From: an uncultured Klebsiella sp.
Lineage (GTDB): Bacteria; Pseudomonadota; Gammaproteobacteria; Ga0077536
Direction of reading: 5' to 3'
NCBI GenBank assembly: GCA_964555355.1
Contig: CAZKRY010000015.1
Span: 52,455-116,454 of the forward strand
Length of the DNA stretch: 64,000 nucleotides
Every line of letters starts with the position of its first letter. Position 1 is the first letter of the stretch. The translations under genes were made by a program, and so were the position numbers. The notes beneath the pieces are model-generated. The model made no database searches. It worked only from the letters and a program-made list of their open reading frames with translations, and was not told the DNA's origin. Positions 29,258 through 41,650 of this stretch are shown one piece after another.

Positions 29258-30340
29258 ATGTCTTCTTCAATGCCGATCAATGACTCGCAAAAGTGGTTCA
29301 TCTTTGCGCTCGTGTTGGCGAGCGGCTGGCTGCTGTATCTACTTGCGCCGGCCTTGACGCCATTTTTGGTAAGTGCCTTGCTCGCGTATTTGGGCGATCC
29401 CTTGGTCGATCGCTGCGAGCGGATCGGGACGTCGCGAGTGTGGGGTGTGGTGGTGGTATTCGCGGTGATGTTCCTACTCGGGATCGGCACGTTGCTTGTT
29501 TTAATCCCAGCGCTTGAACGTCAAATCTCGGTCGTTATTTCAAAGACTCCACAGGCCATCGACTGGTTGCAGAACTGGCTGTTGCCGCGCTTATCCGCAA
29601 AATTTGGTATCGCGCTGACAATCGATACCGAATTGCTGAAAAAAACGCTGGTCGGGCATTGGCAAGAAGTTGGGACGATGCTGCAGACGGTGGTGCTGCA
29701 ACTCGGGCGCTCAAGTCAAATGCTGCTCGGCTGGCTGAGTTTTGTCCTGCTCGTCCCGGTGGTCACTTTTTATCTGCTCCGCGATTGGGACGTGCTGGTG
29801 AGAAACGTGGCGGATCTCTTGCCCCGTCGAGTGGCGCCGCGGATCAGTCAAATCGCACGAGAAATCGATGCCGTGCTGGCCGAGTTTCTGCGCGGCCAAC
29901 TCGCGGTCATGGCCGCGCTCGCCACGGTCTATGTGAGTGGTTTATGGGTGGTCGGACTCGACCTCGCATTCGCGATCGGCATCGCCGCCGGCCTCGTCAG
30001 CTTCGTGCCCTACCTTGGGGTCATCGTCGGCGTCTTGCTCGCAGGCGTCGCTGCGTTGTTACAGTTTGGCGATGCCTTGCATTTGTTGGGGGTGGTGGCC
30101 GTGTTCGGTGTCGGGCAGGTCCTCGAAGGCATGGTGCTATCGCCGCTGCTGGTCGGTGACCGCATCGGTTTGCATCCGGTGGCGGTCATTTTCGCGGTCA
30201 TGGCAGGTGGGCAGCTTTTTGGATTTTTCGGCGTGTTATTGGCGTTGCCGGTCGCCGCCGCGATTGTTGTGTTGCTGCGCCACTCGCACGACGAATATTT
30301 GCGCAGCGCGTTGTATGACACGACGCCGCCCTCGGAATGA
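29258..30340 (+). CDS. AI-2E family transporter
   Basis: LAYLGDPLV, FYLLRDW, FLRGQL, FVPYLG, LHPVAVIFAVMAGG. Confidence 0.9.
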   Translation: MSSSMPINDSQKWFIFALVLASGWLLYLLAPALTPFLVSALLAYLGDPLVDRCERIGTSRVWGVVVVFAVMFLLGIGTLLVLIPALERQISVVISKTPQAIDWLQNWLLPRLSAKFGIALTIDTELLKKTLVGHWQEVGTMLQTVVLQLGRSSQMLLGWLSFVLLVPVVTFYLLRDWDVLVRNVADLLPRRVAPRISQIAREIDAVLAEFLRGQLAVMAALATVYVSGLWVVGLDLAFAIGIAAGLVSFVPYLGVIVGVLLAGVAALLQFGDALHLLGVVAVFGVGQVLEGMVLSPLLVGDRIGLHPVAVIFAVMAGGQLFGFFGVLLALPVAAAIVVLLRHSHDEYLRSALYDTTPPSE

Positions 30341-31041
30341 AGCCGGCGGCCCAACAACTTACCCTCAGTCTCTATACGCCACTGTCCGCCGCGTTCGGCG
30401 AGTTTGTAGGTGCCACCAATCGCGCCGCGCTCGTTTCCGTTGAAACCTGGGCCGGCGTCGGCGGACCATGGTGTGTGGGGCTATGGGGTAGCCCGGGCAC
30501 CGGCAAGACGCATTTATTGCAGGCCGCCATCCGGCAGGCGCATGACGCCGGTCGCGCCGCGATGTACGTGCCGTTACGCGAAGTTATGCCACACGGTCCG
30601 CGGGTGCTCGACGATCTCGAACACATCAGAGCGCTTGCGCTCGATGATTTGGAAACGATCGCCGGAAATATCATCTGGGAGACCGCGGTGTTCGCGCTCT
30701 ATAACCGCGTCCAGGCGCACGACTCCCGGCTATTGTTCGCCACTAATCTGCCACTTGCCGCGTTACCGTTGACACTGCCAGACTTGAAATCACGCTTGAA
30801 CGCGGCGTTGCTGTTTCAACTCCATGGGTTGACCGACGATGAAAAATTGCAGGTGCTGCAATACGCGGCGCGCGCGCGCGGTATGGAATTGAGTGAGCCG
30901 GTGGCGTCCTTCTTATTGCGACGATTGCCGCGCGAACTACCCCAACTGCTTCAGGCGATTGAGACGCTCGATGGCGCGTCACTGCAAGCAAGCCGCGCGT
31001 TGACGATTCCGTTTGTGCGTGAGGTGCTTGATCTGCAATAA
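30337..31041 (+). CDS. hda: DnaA regulatory inactivator Hda
   Basis: N-terminal clamp-binding QLTLSL, GSPGTGKTHLL, LPDLKSRL. Confidence 0.93.
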   Translation: MKPAAQQLTLSLYTPLSAAFGEFVGATNRAALVSVETWAGVGGPWCVGLWGSPGTGKTHLLQAAIRQAHDAGRAAMYVPLREVMPHGPRVLDDLEHIRALALDDLETIAGNIIWETAVFALYNRVQAHDSRLLFATNLPLAALPLTLPDLKSRLNAALLFQLHGLTDDEKLQVLQYAARARGMELSEPVASFLLRRLPRELPQLLQAIETLDGASLQASRALTIPFVREVLDLQ

Positions 31042-31058
31042 ACCGGCGCATGTAAGAT

Positions 31059-31136
31059 GTTGGGGTTCGCGACGCTTACCCGAACCTACGGGTCGAGTGT
31101 GTAATGTAGGTTGGGGTGAGCGCCGCGAACCCCAAC
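31059..31136. repeat. GTAG-family REP doublet (REPIN-like)
   Basis: Two 31-bp units in inverted orientation (31059-31089 and 31106-31136; 3 mismatches) separated by 16 bp. Each unit is GTAG followed by a palindrome. Lies between convergent hda and arsC. Confidence 0.8.
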
Positions 31137-31143
31137 GAAACCG

Positions 31144-31500
31144 CTAATCAAACAGCGTCAACACATTTTCCGGCGGCCGACCGACCACCACGCGTGTTCC
31201 ATGCACGACGATTGGCCGCTCCAGCAGTACCGGGTGTTCTGCAATGGCTTGCAATAACCGCTCTTCAGTCGCGCCTTTGAGATTTAGCTCTGTAAAGACG
31301 GGTTCCGTACTGCGCACCATCGATTGAATGTTTCCGCCGAGCGCCACCAGAAGTGAGCGCAACGTAGCGAGCGTCGGCGTTTCCTTTAAGTATTCGATCA
31401 CTTCCAAATCAAGGTTACGCTCAGCGAGCAAGGCGAGGGTCGCGCGCGATTTCGAGCAGCGGGGATTGTGGTAAATAATGGTCTTCATGAGCTGAAACAT
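31144..31500 (-). CDS. arsC: ArsC/Spx family (glutaredoxin-type) reductase
   Basis: IYHNPRCSKSR, LLERPIV, VVGRPPE. Confidence 0.88.
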   Translation of the reverse strand: MFQLMKTIIYHNPRCSKSRATLALLAERNLDLEVIEYLKETPTLATLRSLLVALGGNIQSMVRSTEPVFTELNLKGATEERLLQAIAEHPVLLERPIVVHGTRVVVGRPPENVLTLFD

Positions 31501-31519
31501 TCTCGACAGGAGACAGACG

Positions 31520-31804
31520 ATGCCGGATCCGCGACTCGTCGCGCAATCATTTCGCGTTGAAGGCCGCGTGCAGGGCGTATCTTACCGCGCGGCTGCGCAA
31601 CGCAAAGCCTCTGAACTAGGGTTAGTTGGGTGGGTGCGCAACACCGCGGATGGCGCCGTGGAGGGGATAGCCTGCGGTGATCCTGATCTGCTCACGGATT
31701 TTATGGATTGGTTATGGCGGGGACCGCGTCTTGCTAAAGTCATCGCGGTAAGTTGCGCGGAAGTCGCGCCGGTCGAGGATTCGTCGTTCGCGATTAAGCC
31801 CTAG
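31520..31804 (+). CDS. acyP: Acylphosphatase
   Basis: GRVQGVSYR, GWVRNTADGAVE. Confidence 0.9.
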   Translation: MPDPRLVAQSFRVEGRVQGVSYRAAAQRKASELGLVGWVRNTADGAVEGIACGDPDLLTDFMDWLWRGPRLAKVIAVSCAEVAPVEDSSFAIKP

Positions 31805-31823
31805 CGGAATCGCGAAAATGCGT

Positions 31824-31887
31824 GAAGACCCTCACCCCTGCCCGCCCGCGGCGCGGGAGAAGTCGGCGCGCAGCGCCGGGTGCAGGG
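31824..31887. repeat. Dispersed GC-rich palindromic repeat, short copy
   Basis: Shares GAAGACCCTCACCC and an identical 25-bp GAGAAGTCGGCGCGCAGCGCCGGGT with the reverse complement of 37221-37346. Confidence 0.75.
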
Positions 31888-31898
31888 TCGCGTTGTGA

Positions 31899-33611
31899 CT
31901 AAGTTCGCGGCAGCTTGCGAACGATCATCGCAACCGCGTCTTCAATCGCCACATCTTCCGAATCTTCGTCGGTGCGTGCCTTGTATTCGAGCGTCCCATT
32001 GTCAAGGCCGCGTTCGCTCACCACAAAGCGAAACGGGATGCCGATGAGTTCGAGATCGGCAAACATCACACCCGGTCGTTCGTTTTTGTCGTACAGCAAA
32101 CAATCGATGCCGGCCGCGCAGAGTTGTTCGTAGAGCGCTTCAGCAGCCTCACGCAAACGCGGCGATTTGTGCATGTGAATCGGTGCGATCGCGACTTGAA
32201 ACGGTGCGATGCCTGTCGGCCAAATAATGCCTTTGTCGTCGTGATTTTGTTCGATCGCGGCGGCGACGATGCGCGATACGCCAATGCCGTAACAGCCCAT
32301 GACCATCGTGACGGTAGCGCCTTTTTCGTCGAGCACGGTCGCGTTCATCGTTTCGCTGTACTTCGTCCCCAACTGGAAAATATGCCCGACTTCGATCCCG
32401 CGTTTGATTTCGAGCGTCCCGTTACCATCCGGGCTCGGATCGCCCGGCACGACATTGCGAATATCGACTACCGCCGGCAAGGCGAGGTCTCGTTCCCAAT
32501 TCACTCCGCGGAGGTGAAAACCATCCTCATTCGCACCGCAGACGAAATTCGCAACCGCCGCTGCGCTGTGATCGACATACACCGGAATTTGCAACCCTAT
32601 TGGCCCAAGCGAGCCAGGATTACAGCGGAGTTCACGTGCGATCTGTTCCGCTTTGGCAAAGCGCAACGGGTTATGGACTCCTGCAAGCTGCTGCGCTTTG
32701 ACGGCGTTCAACTCGTGATCGCCGCGCAATACCAACGCCACTAGCCGGCCATCAACACCCTCGACCACCAGCGTTTTTAAAACTTGCGCGGGCGCGACTT
32801 TCAAAAACTGACTGACTTCATCAATCGAGTGCTGCTGGGGTGTACTGACTTTGGCGAGCGCTTCGGTGGGCGCCGCGCGGGGCGCACTCGGTGCCGGCGC
32901 CGGGACTAACTCGACGTTCGCCGCAAAGTCGCCGGTGGTTGAGAAAGCGATCAAATCTTCGCCGGAGTCGGCCAATACGTGGAATTCGTGCGAACCGGAG
33001 CCACCGATATTGCCGGTATCGGCCAACACCGCGCGATAAGACAGCCCAATGCGGTCGAAAATTCGGCTGTAGGTTTGGTACATCTGGTCGTAGGTTTCGA
33101 GCAGTGACGCACGATCCACGTGAAAGGAATAGGCGTCTTTCATCAAAAATTCACGTGCGCGCATGATGCCGAAACGCGGTCGGACTTCATCGCGAAACTT
33201 GGTCTGAATCTGATAGAAATTCGCCGGCAACTGTTTATAGCTTTTGATTTCCCGGCGAATGAGATCAGTGATGATTTCTTCGTGCGTGGGTCCTAAGCAG
33301 AAAGAGCGCTCGTGCCGGTCGTGTAGGCGCAGCAGTTCCGGTCCGTATTTGTCCCAGCGGCCGGACTCCTGCCAAAGTTCGGCGGGTAAGACACCGGACA
33401 TCAACACTTCTTGAGCGCCCGCGCGGTCCATTTCCTCACGCACAATCGCCTCGACCTTGCGTAACACCCGCAGACCCAACGGCAGCCAGGTATAGATGCC
33501 GGAAGCCAGCTGTCGGATGAGCCCGGCGCGTAGCATCAATTGGTGGCTAATGACCTCGGCATCCGCCGGGGATTCGCGCAAGGTGGGGATGAGCAGGTTC
33601 GAAATACGCAT
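31899..33611 (-). CDS. proS: Proline--tRNA ligase with INS editing domain
   Basis: [54 protein letters not shown]. Start moved to ATG 33611. Confidence 0.97.
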   Translation of the reverse strand: MRISNLLIPTLRESPADAEVISHQLMLRAGLIRQLASGIYTWLPLGLRVLRKVEAIVREEMDRAGAQEVLMSGVLPAELWQESGRWDKYGPELLRLHDRHERSFCLGPTHEEIITDLIRREIKSYKQLPANFYQIQTKFRDEVRPRFGIMRAREFLMKDAYSFHVDRASLLETYDQMYQTYSRIFDRIGLSYRAVLADTGNIGGSGSHEFHVLADSGEDLIAFSTTGDFAANVELVPAPAPSAPRAAPTEALAKVSTPQQHSIDEVSQFLKVAPAQVLKTLVVEGVDGRLVALVLRGDHELNAVKAQQLAGVHNPLRFAKAEQIARELRCNPGSLGPIGLQIPVYVDHSAAAVANFVCGANEDGFHLRGVNWERDLALPAVVDIRNVVPGDPSPDGNGTLEIKRGIEVGHIFQLGTKYSETMNATVLDEKGATVTMVMGCYGIGVSRIVAAAIEQNHDDKGIIWPTGIAPFQVAIAPIHMHKSPRLREAAEALYEQLCAAGIDCLLYDKNERPGVMFADLELIGIPFRFVVSERGLDNGTLEYKARTDEDSEDVAIEDAVAMIVRKLPRT

Positions 33612-33925
33612 GGCGGTGGAGAGTCGATTTTCAAGACAAGGGGACCGCATTCTCGGGACTCATTCTCAAGCCCGCAACGGTTACGACGAAAAAATGCGGC
33701 CAATCCCGCGCTATTGCGCGGCTTTCGTCTTGACCCGGCCGTCGAATCCTTTTACCGTTCCGGCCCCTGCTAAGCCTGGGTAACGCGTTTCACCGCACCC
33801 TCGCCACGCAGCGCAACGCCGAACCGTGGCTCACAAGGCAACGGGGACGGCCCGCTTCCCCACTCGAATCACCGCGAGGGCGGATAAAGGCCGCGGCACT
33901 TACTAAAACAGAGTGAGGACTTGCC

Positions 33926-35653
33926 ATGACAGACCTGCTACGCGGCGCCGAGATCTTCGTGCGCTCATTAATCGATGAAGGTGTCGAGTTTGTGTTCGGC
34001 TACCCCGGCGGGGCCGTGCTGCATATCTACGACGAGCTATACAAACAAGACCAACTGAAACACATCTTGGTCCGCCATGAGCAGGGCGCGACGCATGCCG
34101 CCGACGGCTATGCGCGGGCAACCGGCAAGCCGGGCGTGGTGTTGGTGACCTCTGGCCCGGGCGCAACCAATGCGGTCACCGGGATCGCGACGGCCTACAT
34201 GGATTCGATTCCATTGGTGGTATTCACCGGCCAGGTGGCGACGCATCTCATCGGCAACGATGCCTTTCAGGAAGTCGATTGCATCGGCATCACGCGCCCG
34301 TGCGTGAAACACAATTTCCTGGTGGAACGGGTGGAAGATCTCGCCACCACGATCAAAAAAGCATTTTTTGTCGCGACGTCCGGCCGTCCCGGTCCGGTCG
34401 TGGTCGATATCCCGAAAGACGTAACCGCCAACGTCACCGAATATCATTACCCGAAATCGGTCGAAATCCGTTCCTACAAACCGAACACCAAGGGGCATCC
34501 GGGGCAAATCAAGAAAGCCGCGCAACTTATCCTAAGTGCGCAAAAACCCATGATTTACACCGGTGGCGGGGTCGTGCTCGACAACGCGGCCGCGGAATTA
34601 ACCGAATTTGGTCGTCGCCTCGGTTATCCGGTGACCAACACGTTGATGGGATTGGGCGGCTATCCGGCCACCGATCCACAGTTTGTCGGCATGTTGGGTA
34701 TGCACGGGACTTACGAGGCCAACATGGCGATGCATCATTGCGATGTGCTCATCGCGATCGGCGCGCGGTTCGACGATCGAGTGACCGGCGATCTCGCCAA
34801 GTTCTGTCCATACGCCAAGATCGTGCATATCGATATCGACCCCTCATCGATCTCGAAGAACGTGCGGGTGGATGTGCCGATCGTCGGCGGTGTCTCCCAT
34901 GTGCTCGGCGAACTCAACAAGCTACTTGCCGAGTCCGGTTGCGCGCCCGTCAACCGCGATATGGATCCATGGTGGCAACAGATCCGGGATTGGCAAAAGC
35001 TCGATTGTCTGCGGTTTGACCGCGCGAGCCCATTGATCAAACCGCAGGCGGTGGTGGAGGCGTTGTACCGCGAGACGCGCGGCGAGGCGTATATCACCTC
35101 TGACGTTGGCCAGCATCAAATGTGGGCCGCGCAATTCTATAAGTTCGATAAACCACGGCGTTGGATCAACTCCGGCGGCCTCGGCACCATGGGGTTCGGC
35201 TTGCCGGCCGCGATGGGTGTGCAACTCGCGTTTCCGGAAGCACAGGTTGCCTGCATCACCGGCGAAGCCAGCTTTGTTATGTGCGTGCAAGAGCTGTCTA
35301 CCTGCCTGCAGTATGACCTGCCCATCAAGGTGGTGAGTTTGAATAATCGCTACATGGGCATGGTGCGGCAGTGGCAGGAGTTCTTCTACGACCGTCGTTA
35401 TTCGCACTCGTACATGGACGCGCTGCCGGATTTCGTGAAATTGGCGGAAGCCTTTGGCCATGTCGGCATGCGGATCGAAAAGCCCGGCGACGTCGAAGGT
35501 GCTTTGCACGAGGCCTTCAAGCTCAAGAATCGCCTGGTACTGATGGATTTCATCACGGATCAAAGTGAAAACGTCTACCCGATGATCGCGGCCGGCAAAG
35601 GCCAACATGAAATGCACCTAGCACCGTCCAGCTCCGATCGGGAGCTCGCGTAA
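33926..35653 (+). CDS. ilvI: Acetolactate synthase III large subunit
   Basis: GYPGG, RHEQGA, TSGPGATN, DVGQHQMW, SGGLGTMGFG. Confidence 0.95.
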   Translation: MTDLLRGAEIFVRSLIDEGVEFVFGYPGGAVLHIYDELYKQDQLKHILVRHEQGATHAADGYARATGKPGVVLVTSGPGATNAVTGIATAYMDSIPLVVFTGQVATHLIGNDAFQEVDCIGITRPCVKHNFLVERVEDLATTIKKAFFVATSGRPGPVVVDIPKDVTANVTEYHYPKSVEIRSYKPNTKGHPGQIKKAAQLILSAQKPMIYTGGGVVLDNAAAELTEFGRRLGYPVTNTLMGLGGYPATDPQFVGMLGMHGTYEANMAMHHCDVLIAIGARFDDRVTGDLAKFCPYAKIVHIDIDPSSISKNVRVDVPIVGGVSHVLGELNKLLAESGCAPVNRDMDPWWQQIRDWQKLDCLRFDRASPLIKPQAVVEALYRETRGEAYITSDVGQHQMWAAQFYKFDKPRRWINSGGLGTMGFGLPAAMGVQLAFPEAQVACITGEASFVMCVQELSTCLQYDLPIKVVSLNNRYMGMVRQWQEFFYDRRYSHSYMDALPDFVKLAEAFGHVGMRIEKPGDVEGALHEAFKLKNRLVLMDFITDQSENVYPMIAAGKGQHEMHLAPSSSDRELA

Positions 35654-36147
35654 TGCGGCATACGATTTCTATTTTGTTGGAAAACGCGGCGGGCGCGCTG
35701 TCGCGCGTGGCGGGTTTGTTTTCGGCGCGCGCGTATAACATCGAGTCGTTGTCGGTGGCGCCCACTGAAGATCCCACGGTCTCGCGCCTCACCTTGGTGA
35801 CCAGCGGTTCCGCCGAAGTCATCGAGCAAATCACCAAGCAGTTGAACAAACTCGTCGATGTTATTCGCCTGATCGATTTGAACGAAGGTAGCGCCATCGA
35901 GCGTGAGTTCATGCTCATCAAGGTGCGCGCGATCGGCGGTGAACAACGCGATGAATTGGCGCGCCTTGCCGACATTTACGGCGGACGAATCGTCGATGTC
36001 ACCGAGTCGAGCTATATCATCGAGTTGTCCGGCGATAACACCAAGCTCGACGCTTTTGTTGATCTCATTGGCGCCAAACGCATCATGGAAGTGGTGCGTT
36101 CGGGCGTCCTCGGCATTTTACGCGGCACCAAGGCGCTACGCGCCTAA
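35653..36147 (+). CDS. ilvH: Acetolactate synthase small subunit
   Basis: ACT domain MRHTISILLENAAGALSRVAGLFSARAYNIESL. Confidence 0.95.
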   Translation: MRHTISILLENAAGALSRVAGLFSARAYNIESLSVAPTEDPTVSRLTLVTSGSAEVIEQITKQLNKLVDVIRLIDLNEGSAIEREFMLIKVRAIGGEQRDELARLADIYGGRIVDVTESSYIIELSGDNTKLDAFVDLIGAKRIMEVVRSGVLGILRGTKALRA

Positions 36148-36160
36148 CCTCATTATTTAA

Positions 36161-37210
<1,050 letters not shown>

Positions 37211-37220
37211 TTGCAGAGTT

Positions 37221-37346
37221 CCCTTTACCCGGCGCTGCGCGCCGACTTCTCTCGGTGGGAGAGTTTCTTTGACCCTCTCCCGCACGCGGAGAAGTTTTCT
37301 TGTCACCCTCTCCCGCTTTGCGGGAGCGGGTAGGGTGAGGGTCTTC
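37221..37346. repeat. Dispersed GC-rich palindromic repeat, long copy with internally iterated CCCTCTCCCG...CGGGAG hairpin units
   Basis: Both ends match 31824-31887 in reverse orientation; the interior carries two or three related hairpin units. Confidence 0.75.
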
Positions 37347-37417
37347 CCGCTGTGCAAACACCTCATCCCGCTGCACACTAGCGCCCTATGCGGCGTTACG
37401 CTGCGGGAGGATGCGCC

Positions 37418-38206
37418 ATGGAACGCAAAGTATCTGACAATGTGCACCGATTAGTGTCGATCGCGAGTCCCGCGCTGCGCGGGCGCGGCATCTACTTGCT
37501 CCCGAATCTGTTTACCACCGGCGCGATGCTGGCGGGCTTTTACGCCATCACCGCTGCCATTCATGGCCAGTTTGAAAATGCCGCGATTGCGACCTTTGTC
37601 GCGATGGTGCTTGATGGCATGGACGGCCGCATTGCGCGCATGACCAACACGCAAAGCGCCTTTGGCGCGGAGTACGACAGCTTGGCGGACATGGTGTCGT
37701 TTGGCGTCGCGCCCGCGATTTTGGCGTATGAATGGATGCTACGCGAGACCGGCAAATTGGGTTTCTTGGTGGCTTTCGTTTATGCATCGGCGGCCGCGCT
37801 GCGTTTGGCGCGTTTCAACTCGCAAGCCGCGAGTACCGACAAGAAGTATTTCAAAGGATTGCCAAGCCCGGCGTCGGCGGCGCTGGTGGCCGGGTTTATC
37901 TGGTGTTTCGATAAGCACAACCTCCATGGGCAAGGGTTGGTCGTGGCATTGACCTTTGTCGTCACCGTCGCCTGCGCCGCGCTCATGGTGAGCAACATTC
38001 GCTTTTACAGCTTCAAGGACTTGGATCTTCGCAGTCGCGTGCCGTTCATCAAAGCGCTGGCGGTGGTATTGGTCTTTGGCGTTATCTCGATGAACCCGCC
38101 GATCACGTTACTGCTGACCTTTTTGGCGTATGCGAGTTCGGGGCCGATCGTGACATTGAACCAATTACAACGTAGACGGCGCGATCGTTCGCGAATAAAG
38201 CCTTAA
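37418..38206 (+). CDS. pssA: CDP-diacylglycerol--serine O-phosphatidyltransferase
   Basis: LLPNLFT, DGMDGRIAR, GAEYDSLAD, RLARFN. GGAGG RBS favours ATG 37418. Confidence 0.92.
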   Translation: MERKVSDNVHRLVSIASPALRGRGIYLLPNLFTTGAMLAGFYAITAAIHGQFENAAIATFVAMVLDGMDGRIARMTNTQSAFGAEYDSLADMVSFGVAPAILAYEWMLRETGKLGFLVAFVYASAAALRLARFNSQAASTDKKYFKGLPSPASAALVAGFIWCFDKHNLHGQGLVVALTFVVTVACAALMVSNIRFYSFKDLDLRSRVPFIKALAVVLVFGVISMNPPITLLLTFLAYASSGPIVTLNQLQRRRRDRSRIKP

Positions 38207-38240
38207 CCCGTCGCGCGACCGGATTTAGCGGAGCAAATCC

Positions 38241-39779
38241 ATGAAAGATCGTTTAATCATATTCGATACCACCCTGCGCGACGGTGAGCAAAGCCCGGGC
38301 GCGGCCATGACCAAGGCTGAAAAGCTCCGGATCGCCAAAGCGTTGGAGCGGCTGAAGGTGGATGTCATCGAAGCCGGATTCCCGATTGCGAGTCCGGGCG
38401 ATTTTGAAGCCGTGCAGGCGGTGGCGCGCACGATCAAGGACTGCACCGTCTGCGGCTTATCAAGGACTGGGGATGGGGATATCGATCGTGCGTATGAAGC
38501 CTTAAAAGACGCGCCGTCCTATCGGATCCACACTTTCATCGCGACTTCGCCAATTCATATGGAGAAGAAGCTCAAGATGCGGCCGGATGAGGTCTTCGAG
38601 TCCGCCGTGCGCGCCGTTAAACGCGCGCGCCAATACACCGATAACGTGGAGTTTTCTTGCGAAGACAGCAGCCGCTCCGAATTCGATTTTTTGTGCCGCA
38701 TCGTTGAAGCCGTGATCGCAGCGGGCGCGACGACCGTCAATCTGCCGGATACCGTCGGCTATGCCGTGCCTGAGCAGTACGGAGAATTCATCGGCCGTTT
38801 ACTCGGCAATGTGCCAAACAGCGACAAAGCGGTTTTCTCCGTGCATTGCCATAACGATCTTGGGCTTGCCGTCGGCAACTCGCTCGCCGCCGTTATGCAC
38901 GGCGCGCGGCAGGTCGAATGCACTATCAATGGCTTAGGCGAGCGCGCCGGTAATGCATCATTGGAAGAAATCGTCATGGCGGTGCGTACCCGTAAAGATT
39001 ATTTCCCGTGCGAGACACGCATCGACACCACCGAAATCATGAATTGCTCGCGTCTGGTGTCGACCATCACGGGATTTCCGGTGCAACCGAACAAGGCCAT
39101 CGTCGGCGCTAATGCCTTTGCGCACGAGTCGGGCATTCATCAAGACGGCGTACTGAAGCATCGCGAAACTTACGAAATCATGCGGGCGCAAGACGTCGGA
39201 CTCAACTCCAACAAAATCGTACTCGGCAAGTTATCCGGGCGTAACGCGCTGCGCACGCGTTTGAAAGAGCTTGGGATCGAGTTCGGTAGCGAACAAGACA
39301 TGAACGAAACGTTCAAGCGCTTTAAAGATCTAGCCGATCGGAAGTCGGAGATTTACGACGAGGACCTGCAAGCATTGGTCTCGGACACCGAGATGGAAAC
39401 GGCCAATGAACGCGTCAAATTGGTATCGCTGCGCGTCCGCACGGAAACGGGCGAGACGCCGCAAGCCGAGGTTACCTTATCGATCGACGGCCATGAGCGC
39501 GCCGCGGCCTCAAGCGGTGACGGTCCGGTGGACGCCGCCTTTCGCGCGGTCGAACAAATCATGCAAAGCGGCGTGCAGCTGCAGCTTTATTCCGTGAACG
39601 CCATCACCACCGGCACCGATTCGCAGGGCGAAGTCACCGTGCGCTTGGAGCGTGGTGGGCGCATCGTCAACGGACAGGGCGCCGATACCGACATCATCGT
39701 CGCGTCGGTCAAGGCCTATTTGAGTGCATTGAACAAAGTGCTCTATCCCGTGCACCGTGAACACCCGCAACCCGGCTGA
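38241..39779 (+). CDS. leuA: 2-isopropylmalate synthase
   Basis: [24 protein letters not shown]-terminal regulatory domain GDGPVDA. Confidence 0.96.
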   Translation: MKDRLIIFDTTLRDGEQSPGAAMTKAEKLRIAKALERLKVDVIEAGFPIASPGDFEAVQAVARTIKDCTVCGLSRTGDGDIDRAYEALKDAPSYRIHTFIATSPIHMEKKLKMRPDEVFESAVRAVKRARQYTDNVEFSCEDSSRSEFDFLCRIVEAVIAAGATTVNLPDTVGYAVPEQYGEFIGRLLGNVPNSDKAVFSVHCHNDLGLAVGNSLAAVMHGARQVECTINGLGERAGNASLEEIVMAVRTRKDYFPCETRIDTTEIMNCSRLVSTITGFPVQPNKAIVGANAFAHESGIHQDGVLKHRETYEIMRAQDVGLNSNKIVLGKLSGRNALRTRLKELGIEFGSEQDMNETFKRFKDLADRKSEIYDEDLQALVSDTEMETANERVKLVSLRVRTETGETPQAEVTLSIDGHERAAASSGDGPVDAAFRAVEQIMQSGVQLQLYSVNAITTGTDSQGEVTVRLERGGRIVNGQGADTDIIVASVKAYLSALNKVLYPVHREHPQPG

Positions 39780-39788
39780 GCCTGCGCA

Positions 39789-40541
39789 ATGAACGACCGT
39801 ACGCGTAGCTTGCGCGAAGAATATTTGCGGGCGATGGGCGTGGATGTGTGGGTGCGCCGGCGGAGCGCGGACGCCGACAGTGCACGTATCGCGACCGCAC
39901 CGCCGCGCCTAACGACCGTGGTTGACTCCCCGCCACAAGAACCTGTGCTTGTTGCTCATGCGCCCGCAAAGGCTGAAGAGACGCTCGACTGGGACGTGCT
40001 TGCCGCAAAAGTTGCGGCCTGCACGCGCTGCGAGCTGCATAACGGACGTACGCAAACCGTGTTTGGCGTCGGCAATCGCAACGCCGAGTGGTTGATCGTC
40101 GGCGAAGCGCCGGGGGCGGAAGAAGACAAACGTGGCGAACCCTTTGTGGGGCGCGCCGGGCAGTTGCTGAATTCGATGCTCGGTGCGCTAGGCCTGCGGC
40201 GCGAACAAGTTTATATCGCCAATATTCTGAAATGCCGACCCCCCAATAACCGCGATCCGCAGCCGCCGGAAGTCGTTTGCTGCGAGCCTTATCTACAACA
40301 ACAAATCGCGCTGTTAAAGCCACGCATCATTCTGGCCGTGGGCCGCATCGCCGCGCAGAATCTGCTTAAAGTGACAACGCCAATCGGCAAGTTGCGTGGC
40401 CAGCGCTATCAGTACGGGCCGGCTGGGATCCCGCTCGTCGTGACCTATCATCCCGCCTACCTGCTACGCTCGCCGGGCGAGAAGCGCCGCGCGTGGCAAG
40501 ACCTATTGTTTGCCGAGCGCGTCTTACGGGAATCCGTGTGA
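39789..40541 (+). CDS. Uracil-DNA glycosylase family 4 (Fe-S)
   Basis: [40 protein letters not shown]. Confidence 0.92.
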   Translation: MNDRTRSLREEYLRAMGVDVWVRRRSADADSARIATAPPRLTTVVDSPPQEPVLVAHAPAKAEETLDWDVLAAKVAACTRCELHNGRTQTVFGVGNRNAEWLIVGEAPGAEEDKRGEPFVGRAGQLLNSMLGALGLRREQVYIANILKCRPPNNRDPQPPEVVCCEPYLQQQIALLKPRIILAVGRIAAQNLLKVTTPIGKLRGQRYQYGPAGIPLVVTYHPAYLLRSPGEKRRAWQDLLFAERVLRESV

Positions 40542-41020
40542 ACGCCCAGCCGGAAGCTGCGCGGGCGCAGTTGCGGCCGATGCGCGAACACGATGTGCCG
40601 CAGGTCGCCGCCGTGGAACGCCGAGCTTACGAATTTCCATGGACCTCGGGCATATTTACCGACTGCCTGCGCGCGGGGTATTGCTGCTGGGCGCTTGAGT
40701 TAAACGACACCGTGATCGGCTACGGCATCATGGCCGTGGCGCTCGACGAAGCCCATCTACTCAATCTGTGCGTCGATCCTTTGTATCAACGACGCGGCTA
40801 TGCCCGACAAATGCTCGATCTCTTGGAACAGCTGGCGGTGCGTCACCATGCCACGATGTTATTTCTGGAGGTCAGACCCTCCAATGCGCCGGCGCTCGAG
40901 CTCTATACGCGCAGCGGTTTTGCCAAAATCGCCGTCCGTCGCGGCTACTATCCGGCGCGGGTAGGACGCGAAGATGCCTGGGTTTTTAGCAAGTACTTCA
41001 CCCAGTCTTCACGCCTTTGA
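40538..41020 (+). CDS. rimI: Ribosomal protein S18-alanine N-acetyltransferase
   Basis: GNAT motifs EAHLLNLCV, QRRGYAR, LEVRPSN, RRGYY; GTG start overlaps the UDG stop (GTGA). Confidence 0.92.
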   Translation: MNAQPEAARAQLRPMREHDVPQVAAVERRAYEFPWTSGIFTDCLRAGYCCWALELNDTVIGYGIMAVALDEAHLLNLCVDPLYQRRGYARQMLDLLEQLAVRHHATMLFLEVRPSNAPALELYTRSGFAKIAVRRGYYPARVGREDAWVFSKYFTQSSRL

Positions 41021-41105
41021 ATTTCGACACCGTGGTTGAATCGCCGTGCCGAGTTGGTTAGCCTTGTAGCATTCCACGTTACCAGCCTAGTGAGGACCCA
41101 CCCCT

Positions 41106-41648
41106 GTGAAATTTCAACGTTCGCTCCTGGCTGCCGCGTTCCTCTGCGCCTTTGGCACCGCGCACGCCATCGACAAGATAGCTTTTGAATACGGGTCCTC
41201 GGCGGGCGATGCCGAAATCGACCGCTATGGGGCGGTGGCGACCATCGACTGGGGCGTGCGTTGGCTCGAATCCGGTAGCTGGTATCTTGGCGGCTATTGG
41301 GAGGCAGGGGTCAATTTTTGGGACAGCGATCCCGGCCGTACTGGCAATGATTCGCTCGTCGACCTGCACGTTACGCCAGTGTTTCGCTGGCAACGTGATC
41401 CAGCCGCTGGCTTTGCGCCGTTTCTCGAATTGGGCGTTGGCCCTCATGGCCATACCGAAAGCAAAATTGAAGATAAGGACTTTGACATCGGTTTCGCGTT
41501 CGGCAGCCATATCGGTGGCGGCATGCGCTTTGGCGAGCAAGGTCGCTATGAAGTCTTGTACCGGTTCCAGCATTTGTCGAATGCCAGCCTCGGGGATAAA
41601 AACCCCGGTGTGAATTTCCACCTTTTTCAGTTTGGCTACCGGTTTTAA
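41106..41648 (+). CDS. pagL: Lipid A 3-O-deacylase / acyloxyacyl hydrolase (PagL family)
   Basis: Signal peptide, beta-barrel pattern, FQHLSNA catalytic motif, NPG, C-terminal aromatic residue (YRF). Confidence 0.85.
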   Translation: MKFQRSLLAAAFLCAFGTAHAIDKIAFEYGSSAGDAEIDRYGAVATIDWGVRWLESGSWYLGGYWEAGVNFWDSDPGRTGNDSLVDLHVTPVFRWQRDPAAGFAPFLELGVGPHGHTESKIEDKDFDIGFAFGSHIGGGMRFGEQGRYEVLYRFQHLSNASLGDKNPGVNFHLFQFGYRF

Positions 41649-41650
41649 GT

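Noticed and set aside
33612-33925. Leader-peptide attenuator or riboswitch upstream of ilvI
   Set aside because: The short ORF there (MRPIPRYCAAF...) has no Ile/Leu/Val run, no U-tailed terminator is present, and the small GC hairpins match no RNA family I can recognise. An Rfam search would be needed.
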